Assembly: GCA_964016885.1 (NCBI GenBank)
Contig: OZ024740.1
Coordinates: forward strand, 137,516,001 to 137,580,000
Direction of reading: 5' to 3'
DNA: 64,000 nucleotides
Source: Eledone cirrhosa
Taxonomy: Eukaryota
Position 1 is the first letter of the stretch, and each line of letters begins with the position of its first letter. Position numbers and translations under genes: made by a program. This document shows, piece by piece, positions 1 to 13,389 of the stretch. Under the pieces are notes generated by a model. The model made no database searches. It was not told where the DNA came from and saw nothing but the letters and a program-made list of their open reading frames with translations.

Positions 1-3000
1 TTCTCTCTTTCTCTTATCCCTTTTCTCTCAATCTCCAATTCTCTCAATCTCCAATTCCCTCTTTCTCTTATCACTTTTCTCTCAATCTCTAATTCTCTCT
101 TTCTCTCATCACTTTTCGCTCAATCTCCAATTCTCTCTTTCTCTTATCACTTTTCCCCCAATCTCCAATTCTCTCTTTCTCTTATCACTTTTCTCTCAAT
201 CTCCAATTCGCTCTTTCTCTTATCACTTTTCCCCCAATCTCCAATTCTCTCTTTCTCTTATCACTTTTCTCTCACTCTCCAATTCTCTATTTCTCTTATG
301 ACTTTTCCCCCAATCCCCAATTCTCTCTTTCTATTATCAATTTTCTCTCAATCTCCAATTCTTTCTTTCTCTAATCACTTTTCCCCCAATCTCCAATTCT
401 CTCTCTTTCTCTTATCACTTTTCTCTCAATCTCCAATTCTCTCTTTCTCTTATCACTTTTCCCCCAATCTCCAATTCTCTCTTTCTCTTCTCACTTTTCT
501 CTGAATCTCCAATTCTCTCTTTGTCTTCTCACTTTTCTGTCAATCTCCAATCCTCTCTTTCTGTTCTCAGTTTACCCCCTATCTCCAAATCTCTCTTTCT
601 CTAATCACTTTTCTCTCAATCTCCAATTCGCTCTTTCTCTTATCACTTTTCTCTCAACTCCAATTCTCTCTTTCTCTTATCACTTTTCCCCCATCTCCAA
701 TTCTCTCTTTCTCTTATCACATTTTTCCCAATCTCCAATTCTCTCTTTCTCTCATCACGTTTCTCTCAATCTCCAATTCTCTCTTTATCTTCTCACTTTT
801 CTCTCAATCTCCAATCCTCTCTTTCTATTCTCAGTTTACTCCCAATCTCCAATTCTCTCTTTCTCTTATCACTTTTCCCCCAATCTCCAATTCACTCTTT
901 CTATTATTACTTTTCTCTCAATCTCCAATTCTCTCTTTCTCTTATCACCTTTCCCCCAATCTCCAATTCTCTCTTTCTCTTATCTCTTTTCTCTCAATCT
1001 CCAATTCTCTCTTTCTCTTATCACTTTTCCCCCAATCTCCAATTCTCTCTTTCACTTATCACTTTTTTCTCAATCTCCAATTCTCTCTTTCTCTTATCAC
1101 TTTTCTCTCAATCTCCAATTCTCTCTTTCTCTTATCACTTTTCCCCCAATCTCCAATTCTCTCTTTCTATTATCACTTTTCTGTCAATCTCCAATTCTCT
1201 CTTTCTCTTATCACTTTTCTCTCCATCTCCAAGTCTGTCTTTCTCTTATCACTTTTCTCTCAATCTCCAAATCTCTCTTTCTCTTCTCACTTTTCCCCCA
1301 ATCTCCAATTCTCTCTTTCTCTTATCACTTTTCTCCCAATCTCCAATTCTCTCTTTCTATTATCACTTTTCTCTCAATCTCCAATTCTCTCTTTCTCTTA
1401 TCACCTTTCCCCCAATCTCCAATTCTCTCTTTCTCTTATCACTTTTCTCTCAATCTCCAATTCTCTCTTTCTCATATGACTTTTCCCTCAATCTCCAATT
1501 CTCTCTTTCTCTTATCACTTTCCCCCAATCTCCAATTCTCTCTTTCTATTATCACTTTTCTCTCAATCTCCAATTCTCTCTTTCTCTTATCACTTTTCTC
1601 TCCATCTCCAATTCTCTCTTTCTCTTATCACTTTTCTCTCAATCTCCAAATCTCTCTTTCTATTCTCACTTTTCCCCCAATCTCCAATTCTCTCTTTCTC
1701 TTCTCACTTTTCCCCCAATCTCCAATTCTCTCTTTCTCTCATCACTTTTCTCTCAATCTCCAATTCTCTCTTTCTCTTATCACTTTTCCCCCATCTCCAA
1801 TTCTCTCTTTCTCTTATCACTTTTCTCTCAATCTCCAATTCTCTCTTTCTCTTATCACATTTCTCTCAATCTCCAATTCTCTCTTTCTCTTATCACTTTT
1901 CCCCCCAATCTCCAATTCTCTCTTTCTCTTATCACTTTTCTCTCACTCTCCCATTCTCTCTTTCTATTATGACTTTTCCACCAATCTCCAATTCTCTCTT
2001 TCTCTTATGGCTTTTCTCTCAATCTCCAATTCTCTCTTTCTTTTCTCACTTTTCCCCCAATCTCCAATTCTCTCTTTCTCTTCACAATTTTCCCCCAATC
2101 TCCAATTCTCTCTTTCTCTTATCACTTTTCCCCTCAATCTCCAATTCTCTCTTTCTCTTATCCCTTTTCTCTCAATCTCCAATTCTCTCAATCTCCAATT
2201 CCCTCTTTCTCTTATCACTTTTCTCTCAATCTCCAATTCTCTCTTTCTCTTATCACCTTTCCCCCAATCTCCAATTCTCTCTTTCTCTTATCACTTTTCT
2301 CTCAATCTCCAATTCTCTCTTTCTCATATGACTTTTCCCTCAATCTCCAATTCTCTCTTTCTCTTATCACTTTCCCCCAATCTCCAAATCTCTCTTTCTA
2401 TTATCACTTTTCTCTCAATCTCCAATTCTCTCTTTCTCTTATCACTTTTCTCTCCATCTCCAATTCTCTCTTTCTCTTATCACTTTTCACTCAATCTCCA
2501 AATCTCTCTTTCTATTCTCACTTTTCCCCCAATCTCCAATTCTCTCTTTCTCTTCTCACTTTTCCCCCAATCTCCAATTCTCTCTTTCTCTCATCACTTT
2601 TCTCTCAATCTCCAATTCTCTCTTTCTCTTATCACTTTTCCCCCATCTCCAATTCTCTCTTTCTCTTATCACTTTTCTCTCAATCTCCAATTCTCTCTTT
2701 CTCTTATCACATTTCTCTCAATCTCCAATTCTCTCTTTCTCTTATCACTTTTCCCCCCAATCTCCAATTCTCTCTTTCTCTTATCACTTTTCTCTCACTC
2801 TCCCATTCTCTCTTTCTATTATGACTTTTCCACCAATCTCCAATTCTCTCTTTCTCTTATGGCTTTTCTCTCAATCTCCAATTCTCTCTTTCTTTTATCA
2901 CTTTTCCCCCAATCTCCAATTCTCTCTTTCTCTTCACAATTTTCCCCCAATCTCCAATTCTCTCTTTCTCTTATCTCTTTTCCCCTCAATCTCCAATTCT

Positions 3001-3700
3001 CTCTTTCTCTTATCCCTTTTCTCTCAATCTCCAATTCTCTCAATCTCCAATTCCCTCTTTCTCTTATCACTTTTCTCTCAATCTCTAATTCTCTCTTTCT
3101 CTCATCACTTTTCGCTCAATCTCCAATTCTCTCTTTCTCTTATCACTTTTCCCCCAATCTCCAATTCTCTCTTTCTCTTATCACTTTTCTCTCAATCTCC
3201 AATTCGCTCTTTCTCTTATCACTTTTCCCCCAATCTCCAATTCTCTCTTTCTCTTATCACTTTTCTCTCACTCTCCAATTCTCTATTTCTCTTATGACTT
3301 TTCCCCCAATCCCCAATTCTCTCTTTCTATTATCAATTTTCTCTCAATCTCCAATTCTTTCTTTCTCTAATCACTTTTCCCCCAATCTCCAATTCTCTCT
3401 CTTTCTCTTATCACTTTTCTCTCAATCTCCAATTCTCTCTTTCTCTTATCACTTTTCCCCCAATCTCCAATTCTCTCTTTCTCTTCTCACTTTTCTCTGA
3501 ATCTCCAATTCTCTCTTTGTCTTCTCACTTTTCTGTCAATCTCCAATCCTCTCTTTCTGTTCTCAGTTTACCCCCTATCTCCAATTCTCTCTTTCTCTAA
3601 TCACTTTTCTCTCAATCTCCAATTCGCTCTTTCTCTTATCACTTTTCTCTCAACTCCAATTCTCTCTTTCTCTTATCACTTTTCCCCCATCTCCAATTCT
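1..3700. repeat. Block at ~1-700 repeated at ~2997-3700 (offset 2996 bp)
   Basis: ORF stops 504 and 3500 end the same peptide. The marker CTGTTCTCAGTTTACCCCCTAT is at 561 and 3557, and the 16-bp monomer is at 29 and 3025. Confidence 0.9.
1370..3075. repeat. Tandem duplication, 852-bp unit x2
   Basis: CTCATATGACTTTTCCCTCA is at 1471 and 2323. ORF starts are 1969 and 2821. The private variants TTTTCCACCAAT and TTATGGCTTT occur in both copies. Confidence 0.92.
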
Positions 3701-5239
3701 CTCTTTCTCTTATCACTTTTCTCTCAATCTCCAATTCTCCCTTTCTCTTATCACTTTTCTCTCAATCTCCAATTCTCTCTTTCTCTTATCACCTTTCTCT
3801 CAATCTCCAATTCTCTCTTTCTCTTATCACTTTTCTCTCAATCTCCAATTCTCTCTTTCTCTTATCACTTTTCTCTCAATCTCCAATTCTCTCTTTCTCT
3901 TATCACTTTTCCCCCAATCTCCAATTCTCTCTTTCTCTTATCAATTTTCTCTCAATCTCCAATTCTTTCTTTCTCTAATCACTTTTCCCCCAATCTCCAA
4001 TTCTCTCTTTCTCTTATCATATTTCTCTCAATCTCCAATTCTCCTTTTCACTTATCACTTTTTCTCAATCTCCATTTCTCTCTTTCTCTTCTCACTCTTC
4101 CCCCAATCTCTAATTCTCTCTTTCTCTTCTCACATTTCCCCCAATCTCCAATTCTCTCTTTCTCTCATCACTTTTCTCTCAATCTCCAATTCTCTCTTTC
4201 TGTTATCAATTTTCTCTCAATCTCCAATTCTTTCTTTCTCTTATCACTTTTCTCTCAATCTCCAATTCTCTCTTTCACTTATCACTTTTTTCTCAATCTC
4301 CAATTCTCTCTTTCTCTTATCACTTTTCTCTCAATCTCCAATTCTCTCTTTCTCTTATCACTTTTCCCCCAATCTCCAATTCTCTCTTTCTATTATCACT
4401 TTCCTCTCCATCTCCAAGTCTCTCTTTCTCTTATCACTTTTCTCTCAATCTCCAAATCTCTCTTTCTCTTCTCACTTTTCTCCCAATCTCCAATTCTCTC
4501 TTTCTCTTCTCACTTTTCCCCCAATCTCCAATTCTCTCTTTCTCTCATCACTTTTCTCTCAATCTCCAATTCTCTCTTTCTCTTATCACTTTTCTCTCAA
4601 TCTCCAATTCTCTCTTTCTCTTATCACTTTTCCCCCATCTCCAATTCTCTCTTTCTCTTATCACTTTTCTCTCAATCTCCAATTCTCTCTTTCCCTTATC
4701 ACTTTTCTCTCAATCTCCAATTCTCTCTTTCTCAAATCACTTTTCTCTCAATCTCCTATTCTCTCTTTCTCTTATCACTTTTCTCTCCATCTCCAAGTCT
4801 CTCTTTCTCTTATCACTTTCTCTCAATCTCCAAATCTCTCTTTCTCTTCTCACTTTTCTCCCAATCTCCAATTCTCTCTTCCTCTTCTCACTTTTCCCCC
4901 AATCTCCAATTCTCTCTTTCTCTCATCACTTTTCTCTCAATCTCCAATTCTCTCTTTCTCTTATCACTTTTCTCTCAATCTCCAATTCTCTCTTTCTCTT
5001 ATCACTTTTCCCCCATCTCCAATTCTCTCTTTCTTTTCTCACTTTTCCCCCAACCTCCAATTCTCTCTTTCTCTTCACACTTTTCCCCCAATCTCCAATT
5101 CTCTCTTTCTCTTATCACTTTCCCCCAATCTCTAATTCTCTCTTTCTCTAATCCCTTTTCTCTCAATCTCCAATTCTCTCTTTCTTTTCTCACTTTTCCC
5201 CCAATCTCCAATTCTCTCTTTCACTTATCAATTTTCTCT

Positions 5240-8200
5240 CAATCTCCAATTCTCTCTTTCTCTTATCACTTTACTCTCAATCTCCAATTCTCTCAATCTC
5301 TTATCACTTTTCTCTCAATCTCCAATTCCCTCTTTCTCTTATCACTTTTCTCTCAATCTCTAATTCTCTCTTTCTCTCATCACTTTTCCCCCAATCTCCA
5401 ATTCTCTCTTTCTCTTATCACTTTTCTCTCAATCTCCAATTCTCTCTTTCTCTTATCACTTTTCCCCCAATCTCCAATTCTCTCTTTCTCTTATCACTTT
5501 TCTCGCACTCTCCACTTCTCTATTTCTCTTATGACGTTTCCCCAATCTCCAATTCTCTCTTTCTCTTATCACTTTTCCCCCCAATCTCCAATTCTCTCTT
5601 TCTCTTATCACTTTTCTTTCACTCTCCAATTCTCTCTTTCTCTTATGACTTTTCCCCCAATCTCCAAATCTCTCTTTCTCTTATCCCTTTTCTCTCAATC
5701 TCCAATTCTCTCTTTCTTTTCTCACTTTTCCCCCAACCTCCAAATCTCTCTTTCTCTTCACACTTTTCCTCCAATCTCCTATTCTCTCTTTCTTTTATCA
5801 CTTTTCTCTCACTCTCCAATTCTCTCTTTCTCTTATGACTTTTCCCCCAATCTCCAATTCTCTCTTTCTCTTATCACTTTTCTCTCAATCTCCAATTCTC
5901 TCTTTCTTTTCTCACTTTTCCCCCAACCTCCAATTCTCTCTTTCTCTTCACACTTTTCCCCCAATCTCCAATTCTCTCTTTCTCTTATCACTTTCCCCCC
6001 AATCTCTAATTCTCTCTTTCTCTTATCCCTTTTCTCACAATCTCCAATTCTCTCTTTCTTTTCTCACTTTTACCCCAATCTCCAATTCTCTTTTTCTCTA
6101 CACACAAATCCCCTAATCTCCAATTCTCTCTTTCACTTATCAATTTTCTCTCAATCTCCAATTCTCTCTTTCTCTTCTCACTTTTCCCCCAATCTCCAAT
6201 TCTCTCTTTCTCTCATCACTTTTCTCTCAATCTCCAATTCTCTCTTTCTCTTATCACTTTTCCCCCATCTCCAATTCTATCTTTCTCTTATCACTTTTCT
6301 CTCAATCTCCAATTCTCTCTTTCTCTTATCACTTTTCTCTCAATCTCCAAATCTCTCTTTCTCAAATGACTTTTCTCTCAATCTCCTATTCTCTCTTTCT
6401 CTTATCACTTTTCTCTCAATCTCCAATTCCCTCTTTCTCTTATCACTTTTCTCTCAATCTCTAATTATCTCTTTCCCTTATCACTTTTCTCTCAATCTCC
6501 AATTCTCTCTTTCTCTTATCACTTTTCTCTCAATCTCCAATTCTCTCTTTCTCTTATCACTTTTCCCCCCAATCTCCAATTCTCTCTTTCTCTTATCACT
6601 TTTCTCTCACTCTCCAATTCTCTCTTTCTCTTATGACTTTTCCCCCAATCTCCAATTCTCTCTTTCTCTTATCGCTTTTCTCTCAATCTCCAATTCTCTC
6701 TTAGTCTTCTCACTTTTCCCCCAATCTCCAATTCTCTCTTTCTCTTCACAATTTTCCCCCAATCTCCAATTCTCTCTTTCTCTTATCACATTTCCCCCAA
6801 TCTCCAATTCTCTCTTTCTCTTATCCCTTTTCTCTCAATCTCCAATTCTCTCAATCTCTTATCACTTTTCTCTCAATCTCCTATTCCCTCTTTCTCTTAT
6901 CACTTTTCTCTCAATCTCTAATTCTCTCTTTCTCTTATCACTTTTCTCTCAATCTCCAATTCTCTCTTTCTCTTATCACTTTTCCCCCAATCTCCAATTC
7001 TCTCATTCTCTTATCACTTTTCTCTCAATCTCCAATTCTCTCTTTCTCTTATCACTTTTCCCCCAATCTCCAAATCTCTCTTTCTCTTATCACTTTTCTC
7101 TCACTCTCCAATTCTCTATTTCTCTTATGACTTTTCCCCCAATCCCCAATTCTCTCTTTCTATTATCAATTTTCTCTCAATCTCCAATTCTCTCTTTGTC
7201 TTCTCACTTTTCTGTCAATCTCCAATCCTCTCTTTCTGTTCTCAGTTTACCCCCTATCTCCAATTCTCTCTTTCTCTCATCACTTTTCTCTCAATCTCCA
7301 ATTCTCTCTTTCTCTTATCACTTTTCCCCCATCTCCAATTCTCTCTTTCTCTTATCACTTTTCTCTCAATCTCCAATTCTCTCTTTCTCTTATCACTTTA
7401 CTCTCAATCTCCAATTCTCTCAATCTCTTATCACTTTTCTCTCAATCTCCAATTCCCTCTTTCTCTTATCACTTTTCTCTCAATCTCTAATTCTCTCTTT
7501 CTCTCATCACTTTTCCCCCAATCTCCAATTCTCTCTTTCTCTTATCACTTTTCTCTCAATCTCCAATTCTCTCTTTCTCTTATCACTTTTCCCCCAATCT
7601 CCAATTCTCTCTTTCTCTTATCACTTTTCTCGCACTCTCCACTTCTCTATTTCTCTTATGACGTTTCCCCAATCTCCAATTCTCTCTTTCTCTTATCACT
7701 TTTCCCCCCAATCTCCAATTCTCTCTTTCTCTTATCATATTTCTTTCACTCTCCAATTCTCTCTTTCTCTTATGACTTTTCCCCCAATCTCCAAATCTCT
7801 CTTTCTCTTATCCCTTTTCTCTCAATCTCCAATTCTCTCTTTCTTTTCTCACTTTTCCCCCAACCTCCAAATCTCTCTTTCTCTTCACACTTTTCCTCCA
7901 ATCTCCTATTCTCTCTTTCTTTTATCACTTTTCTCTCACTCTCCAATTCTCTCTTTCTCTTATGACTTTTCCCCCAATCTCCAATTCTCTCTTTCTCTTA
8001 TCACTTTTCTCTCAATCTCCAATTCTCTCTTTCTTTTCTCACTTTTCCCCCAACCTCCAATTCTCTCTTTCTCTTCACACTTTTCCCCCAATCTCCAATT
8101 CTCTCTTTCTCTTATCACTTTCCCCCCAATCTCTAATTCTCTCTTTCTCTTATCCCTTTTCTCACAATCTCCAATTCTCTCTTTCTTTTCTCACTTTTCC

Positions 8201-9495
8201 CCCAATCTCCAATTCTCTTTTTCTCTACACACAAATCCCCTAATCTCCAATTCTCTCTTTCACTTATCAATTTTCTCTCAATCTCCAATTCTCTCTTTCT
8301 CTTCTCACTTTTCCCCCAATCTCCAATTCTCTCTTTCTCTCATCACTTTTCTCTCAATCTCCAATTCTCTCTTTCTCTTATCACTTTTCCCCCATCTCCA
8401 ATTCTATCTTTCTCTTATCACTTTTCTCTCAATCTCCAATTCTCTCTTTCTCTTATCACTTTTCTCTCAATCTCCAAATCTCTCTTTCTCAAATGACTTT
8501 TCTCTCAATCTCCTATTCTCTCTTTCTCTTATCACTTTTCTCTCAATCTCCAATTCCCTCTTTCTCTTATCACTTTTCTCTCAATCTCTAATTATCTCTT
8601 TCCCTTATCACTTTTCTCTCAATCTCCAATTCTCTCTTTCTCTTATCACTTTTCTCTCAATCTCCAATTCTCTCTTTCTCTTATCACTTTTCCCCCCAAT
8701 CTCCAATTCTCTCTTTCTCTTATCACTTTTCTCTCACTCTCCAATTCTCTCTTTCTCTTATGACTTTTCCCCCAATCTCCAATTCTCTCTTTCTCTTATC
8801 GCTTTTCTCTCAATCTCCAATTCTCTCTTAGTCTTCTCACTTTTCCCCCAATCTCCAATTCTCTCTTTCTCTTCACAATTTTCCCCCAATCTCCAATTCT
8901 CTCTTTCTCTTATCACATTTCCCCCAATCTCCAATTCTCTCTTTCTCTTATCCCTTTTCTCTCAATCTCCAATTCTCTCAATCTCTTATCACTTTTCTCT
9001 CAATCTCCTATTCCCTCTTTCTCTTATCACTTTTCTCTCAATCTCTAATTCTCTCTTTCTCTTATCACTTTTCTCTCAATCTCCAATTCTCTCTTTCTCT
9101 TATCACTTTTCCCCCAATCTCCAATTCTCTCATTCTCTTATCACTTTTCTCTCAATCTCCAATTCTCTCTTTCTCTTATCACTTTTCCCCCAATCTCCAA
9201 ATCTCTCTTTCTCTTATCACTTTTCTCTCACTCTCCAATTCTCTATTTCTCTTATGACTTTTCCCCCAATCCCCAATTCTCTCTTTCTATTATCAATTTT
9301 CTCTCAATCTCCAATTCTCTCTTTGTCTTCTCACTTTTCTGTCAATCTCCAATCCTCTCTTTCTGTTCTCAGTTTACCCCCTATCTCCAATTCTCTCTTT
9401 CTCTCATCACTTTTCTCTCAATCTCCAATTCTCTCTTTCTCTTATCACTTTTCCCCCATCTCCAATTCTCTCTTTCTCTTATCACTTTTCTCTCA
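5240..9495. repeat. Tandem duplication, 2127-bp unit (~56 monomers) x2
   Basis: The TTTACTCTC variant A is at 5273 and 7400. ORFs 5835..6116 and 7962..8243 match. The G-marker is at 7236 and 9363. Confidence 0.92.
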
Positions 9496-11930
9496 ATCTC
9501 CCATTCTCTCTTTCTCTTATAACTTTTCTCTCAATCTCCAATTCTCTCTTTCTCTTATCACTTTTCTCTCAATCTCCAATTCTCTCTTTCTCTTATCACT
9601 TTTCTCTCAATCTCCAATTCTCTCTTTCTCTTATCACTTTTCTCTCAATTTCCAATTCTCTCTTTCTCTTATCACTTTTCCCCCAATCTCCAATTCTCTC
9701 TTTCTCTTATCACTTTTCTCTCACTCTCCAATTCTCTCTTTCTCTTATCACTTTTCCCCCAATCTCCAATTCTCTCTTTCTCTTATCAATTTTCTCTCAA
9801 TCTCCAATTCTTTCTTTCTCTAATCACTTTTCCCCCAATCTCCAATTCTCTCTTTCTCTTATCACTTTTCTCTCAATCTCCAATTCTCCTTTTCACTTAT
9901 CACTTTTTCTCAATCTCCATTTCTCTCTTTCTCTTCTCACTCTTCCCCCAATCTCCAATTCTCTCTTTCTCTTATCACTTTTCTCTCAATCTCCAATTCT
10001 CTCTTTCTTTTCTCACTTTTCCCCCAACCTCCAATTCTCTCTTTCTCTTCACACTTTTCCCCCAATCTCCAATTCTCTCTTTCTCTTATCACTTTCCCCC
10101 CAATCTCTAATTCTCTCTTTCTCTTATCCCTTTTCTCACAATCTCCAATTCTCTCTTTCTTTTCTCACTTTTCCCCCAATCTCCAATTCTCTTTTTCTCT
10201 ACACACAAATCCCCTAATCTCCAATTCTCTCTTTCACTTATCAATTTTCTCTCAATCTCCAATTCTCTCTTTCTCTTCTCACTTTTCCCCCAATCTCCAA
10301 GTCTCTCTTTCTCTCATCACTTTTCTCTCAATCTCCAATTCTCTCTTTCTCTTATCACTTTTCCCCCATCTCCAATTCTATCTTTCTCTTATCACTTTTC
10401 TCTCAATCTCCAATTCTCTCTTTCTCTTATCACTTTTCTCTCAATCTCCAAATCTCTCTTTCTCAAATGACTTTTCTCTCAATCTCCTATTCTCTCTTTC
10501 TCTTATCACTTTTCTCTCAATCTCCAATTCCCTCTTTCTCTTATCACTTTTCTCTCAATCTCTAATTATCTCTTTCCCTTATCACTTTTCTCTCAATCTC
10601 CAATTCTCTCTTTCTCTTATCACTTTTCTCTCAATGTCCAATTCTCTCTTTCTCTTATCACTTTTCCCCCCAATCTCCAATTCTCTCTTTCTCTTATCAC
10701 TTTTCTCTCACTCTCCAATTCTCTCTTTCTCTTATGACTTTTCCCCCAATCTCCAATTCTCTCTTTCTCTTATCGCTTTTCTCTCAATCTCCAATTCTCT
10801 CTTAGTCTTCTCACTTTTCCCCCAATCTCCAATTCTCTCTTGCTCTTCACAATTTTCCCCCAAACTCCAATTCTCTCTTTCTCTTATCACATTTCCCCCA
10901 ATCTCCAATTCTCTCTTTCTCTTATCCCTTTTCTCTCAATCTCCAATTCTCTCAATCTCTTATCACTTTTCTCTCAATCTCCTATTCCCTCTTTCTCTTA
11001 TCACTTTTCTCTCAATCTCTAATTCTCTCTTTCTCTTATCACTTTTCTCTCAATCTCCAATTCTCTCTTTCTCTTATCACTTTTCCCCCAATCTCCAATT
11101 CTCTCATTCTCTTATCACTTTTCTCTCAATCTCCAATTCTCTCTTTCTCTTATCACTTTTCCCCCAATCTCCAAATCTCTCTTTCTCTTATCACTTTTCT
11201 CTCACTCTCCAATTCTCTATTTCTCTTATGACTTTTCCCCCAATCCCCAATTCTCTCTTTCTATTATCAATTTTCTCTCAATCTCCAATTCTCTCTTTGT
11301 CTTCTCACTTTTCTGTCAATCTCCAATCCTCTCTTTCTGTTCTCAGTTTACCCCCTATCTCCAATTCTCTCTTTCTCTCATCACTTTTCTCTCAATCTCC
11401 AATTCTCTCTTTCTCTTATCACTTTTCCCCCATCTCCAATTCTCTCTTTCTCTTATCACTTTTCTCTCAATCTCCCATTCTCTCTTTCTCTTATCACTTT
11501 TCTCTCAATCTCCAATTCTCTCTTTCTCTTATCACTTTTCTCTCAATCTCCAATTCTCTCTTTCTCTTATCACTTTTCTCTCAATCTCCAATTCTCTCTT
11601 TCTCTTATCACTTTTCTCTCAATTTCCAATTCTCTCTTTCTCTTATCACTTTTCCCCCAATCTCCAATTCTCTCTTTCTCTTATCACTTTTCTCTCACTC
11701 TCCAATTCTCTCTTTCTCTTATCACTTTTCCCCCAATCTCCAATTCTCTCTTTCTCTTATCAATTTTCTCTCAATCTCCAATTCTTTCTTTCTCTAATCA
11801 CTTTTCCCCCAATCTCCAATTCTCTCTTTCTCTTATCACTTTTCTCTCACTCTCCAATTCTCCTTTTCACTTATCACTTTTTCTCAATCTCCATTTCTCT
11901 CTTTCTCTTCTCACTCTTCCCCCAATCTCC
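7980..11930. repeat. Overlapping tandem duplication, 1974-bp unit (~52 monomers)
   Basis: ACACACAAATCCCCTAA ends at 8243 and 10217. The G-marker is at 9363 and 11337. ORF stops are 9823 and 11797. Confidence 0.88.
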
Positions 11931-13389
11931 AATTCTCTCTTTCTCTTCTCACATTTTCCCCAATCTCCAATTCTCTCTTTCTCTCATAACTTTTCTCTCA
12001 ATCTCCAATTCTCTCTTTCTGTTATCAATTTTCTCTCAATCTCCAATTCTCTCTTTCTATTATCACTTTTCTCTCAATCTCCAATTGTCTCTTTCTCTTA
12101 TCACTTTTCTCTCCATCTCCAAGTCTCTCTTTCTCTTATCACTTTTCTCTCAATCTCCAAATCTCTCTTTCTCTTCTCACTTTTCTCCCAATCTCCAATT
12201 CTCTCTTTCTCTTCTCACTTTTCCCCCAATCTCCAATTCTCTCTTTCTCTCATCACTTTTCTCTCAATCTCCAATTCTCTCTTTTTCTTACCACTTTTCT
12301 CTCAATCTCCAATTCTCTCTTTCTCTCATCACTTTTCCCCCATCTCCAATTCTCTCTTTCTCTTATCACTTTTCTCTCAATCTCCAATTCTCTCTTTCCC
12401 TTATCACTTTTCTCTCAATCTCCAATTCTCTCTTTCTCAAATCACTTTTCTCTCAATCTCCTATTCTCTCTTTCTCTTATCACTTTTCTCTCACTCTCCA
12501 ATTCTCTCTTTCTCTTATGACTTTTCCCCCAATCTCCAATTCTCTCTTTCTCTTATCCCTTTTCTCTCAATCTCCAATTCTCTCTTTCTTTTCTCACTTT
12601 TCCCCCAACCTCCAATTCTCTCTTTCTCTTCACACTTTTCCTCCAATCTTCTATTCTCTCTTTCTTTTATCACTTTTCTCTCACTCTCCAATTCTCTCTT
12701 TCTCTTATGACTTTTCCCCCAATCTCCAATTCTCTCTTTCTCTTATCACTTTTCTCTCAATCTCCAATTCTCTCTTTCTTTTCTCACTTTTCCCCCAACC
12801 TCCAATTCTCTCTTTCTCTTCACACTTTTCCCCCAATCTCCAATTCTCTCTTTCTCTTATCACTTTCCCCCAATCTCTAATTCTCTCTTTCTCTTATCCC
12901 TTTTCTCTCAATCTCCAATTCTCTCTTTCTTTTCTCACTTTTCCCCCAATCTCCAATTCTCTTTTTCTCTACACACAAATCCCCTAATCTCCAATTCTCT
13001 CTTTCACTTATCAATTTTCTCTCAATCTCCAATTCTCTCTTTCTCTTCTCACTTTTCCCCCAATCTCCAATTCTCTCTTTCTCTCATCACTTTTCTCTCA
13101 ATCTCTAATTCTCTCTTTCTCTCATCACTTTTCCCCCAATCTCCAATTCTCTCTTTCTCTTATCACTTTTCTCTCAATCTCCAATTCTCTCTTTCTCTTA
13201 TCACTTTTCCCCCAATCTCCACTTCTCTCTTTCTCTTATCACTTTTCTCGCACTCTCCACTTCTCTATTTCTCTTATGACGTTTCCCCAATCTCCAATTC
13301 TCTCTTTCTCTTATCACTTTTCCCCCCAATCTCCAATTCTCTCTTTCTCTTATCACTTTTCTCTCACTCTCCAATTCTCTCTTTCTCTT

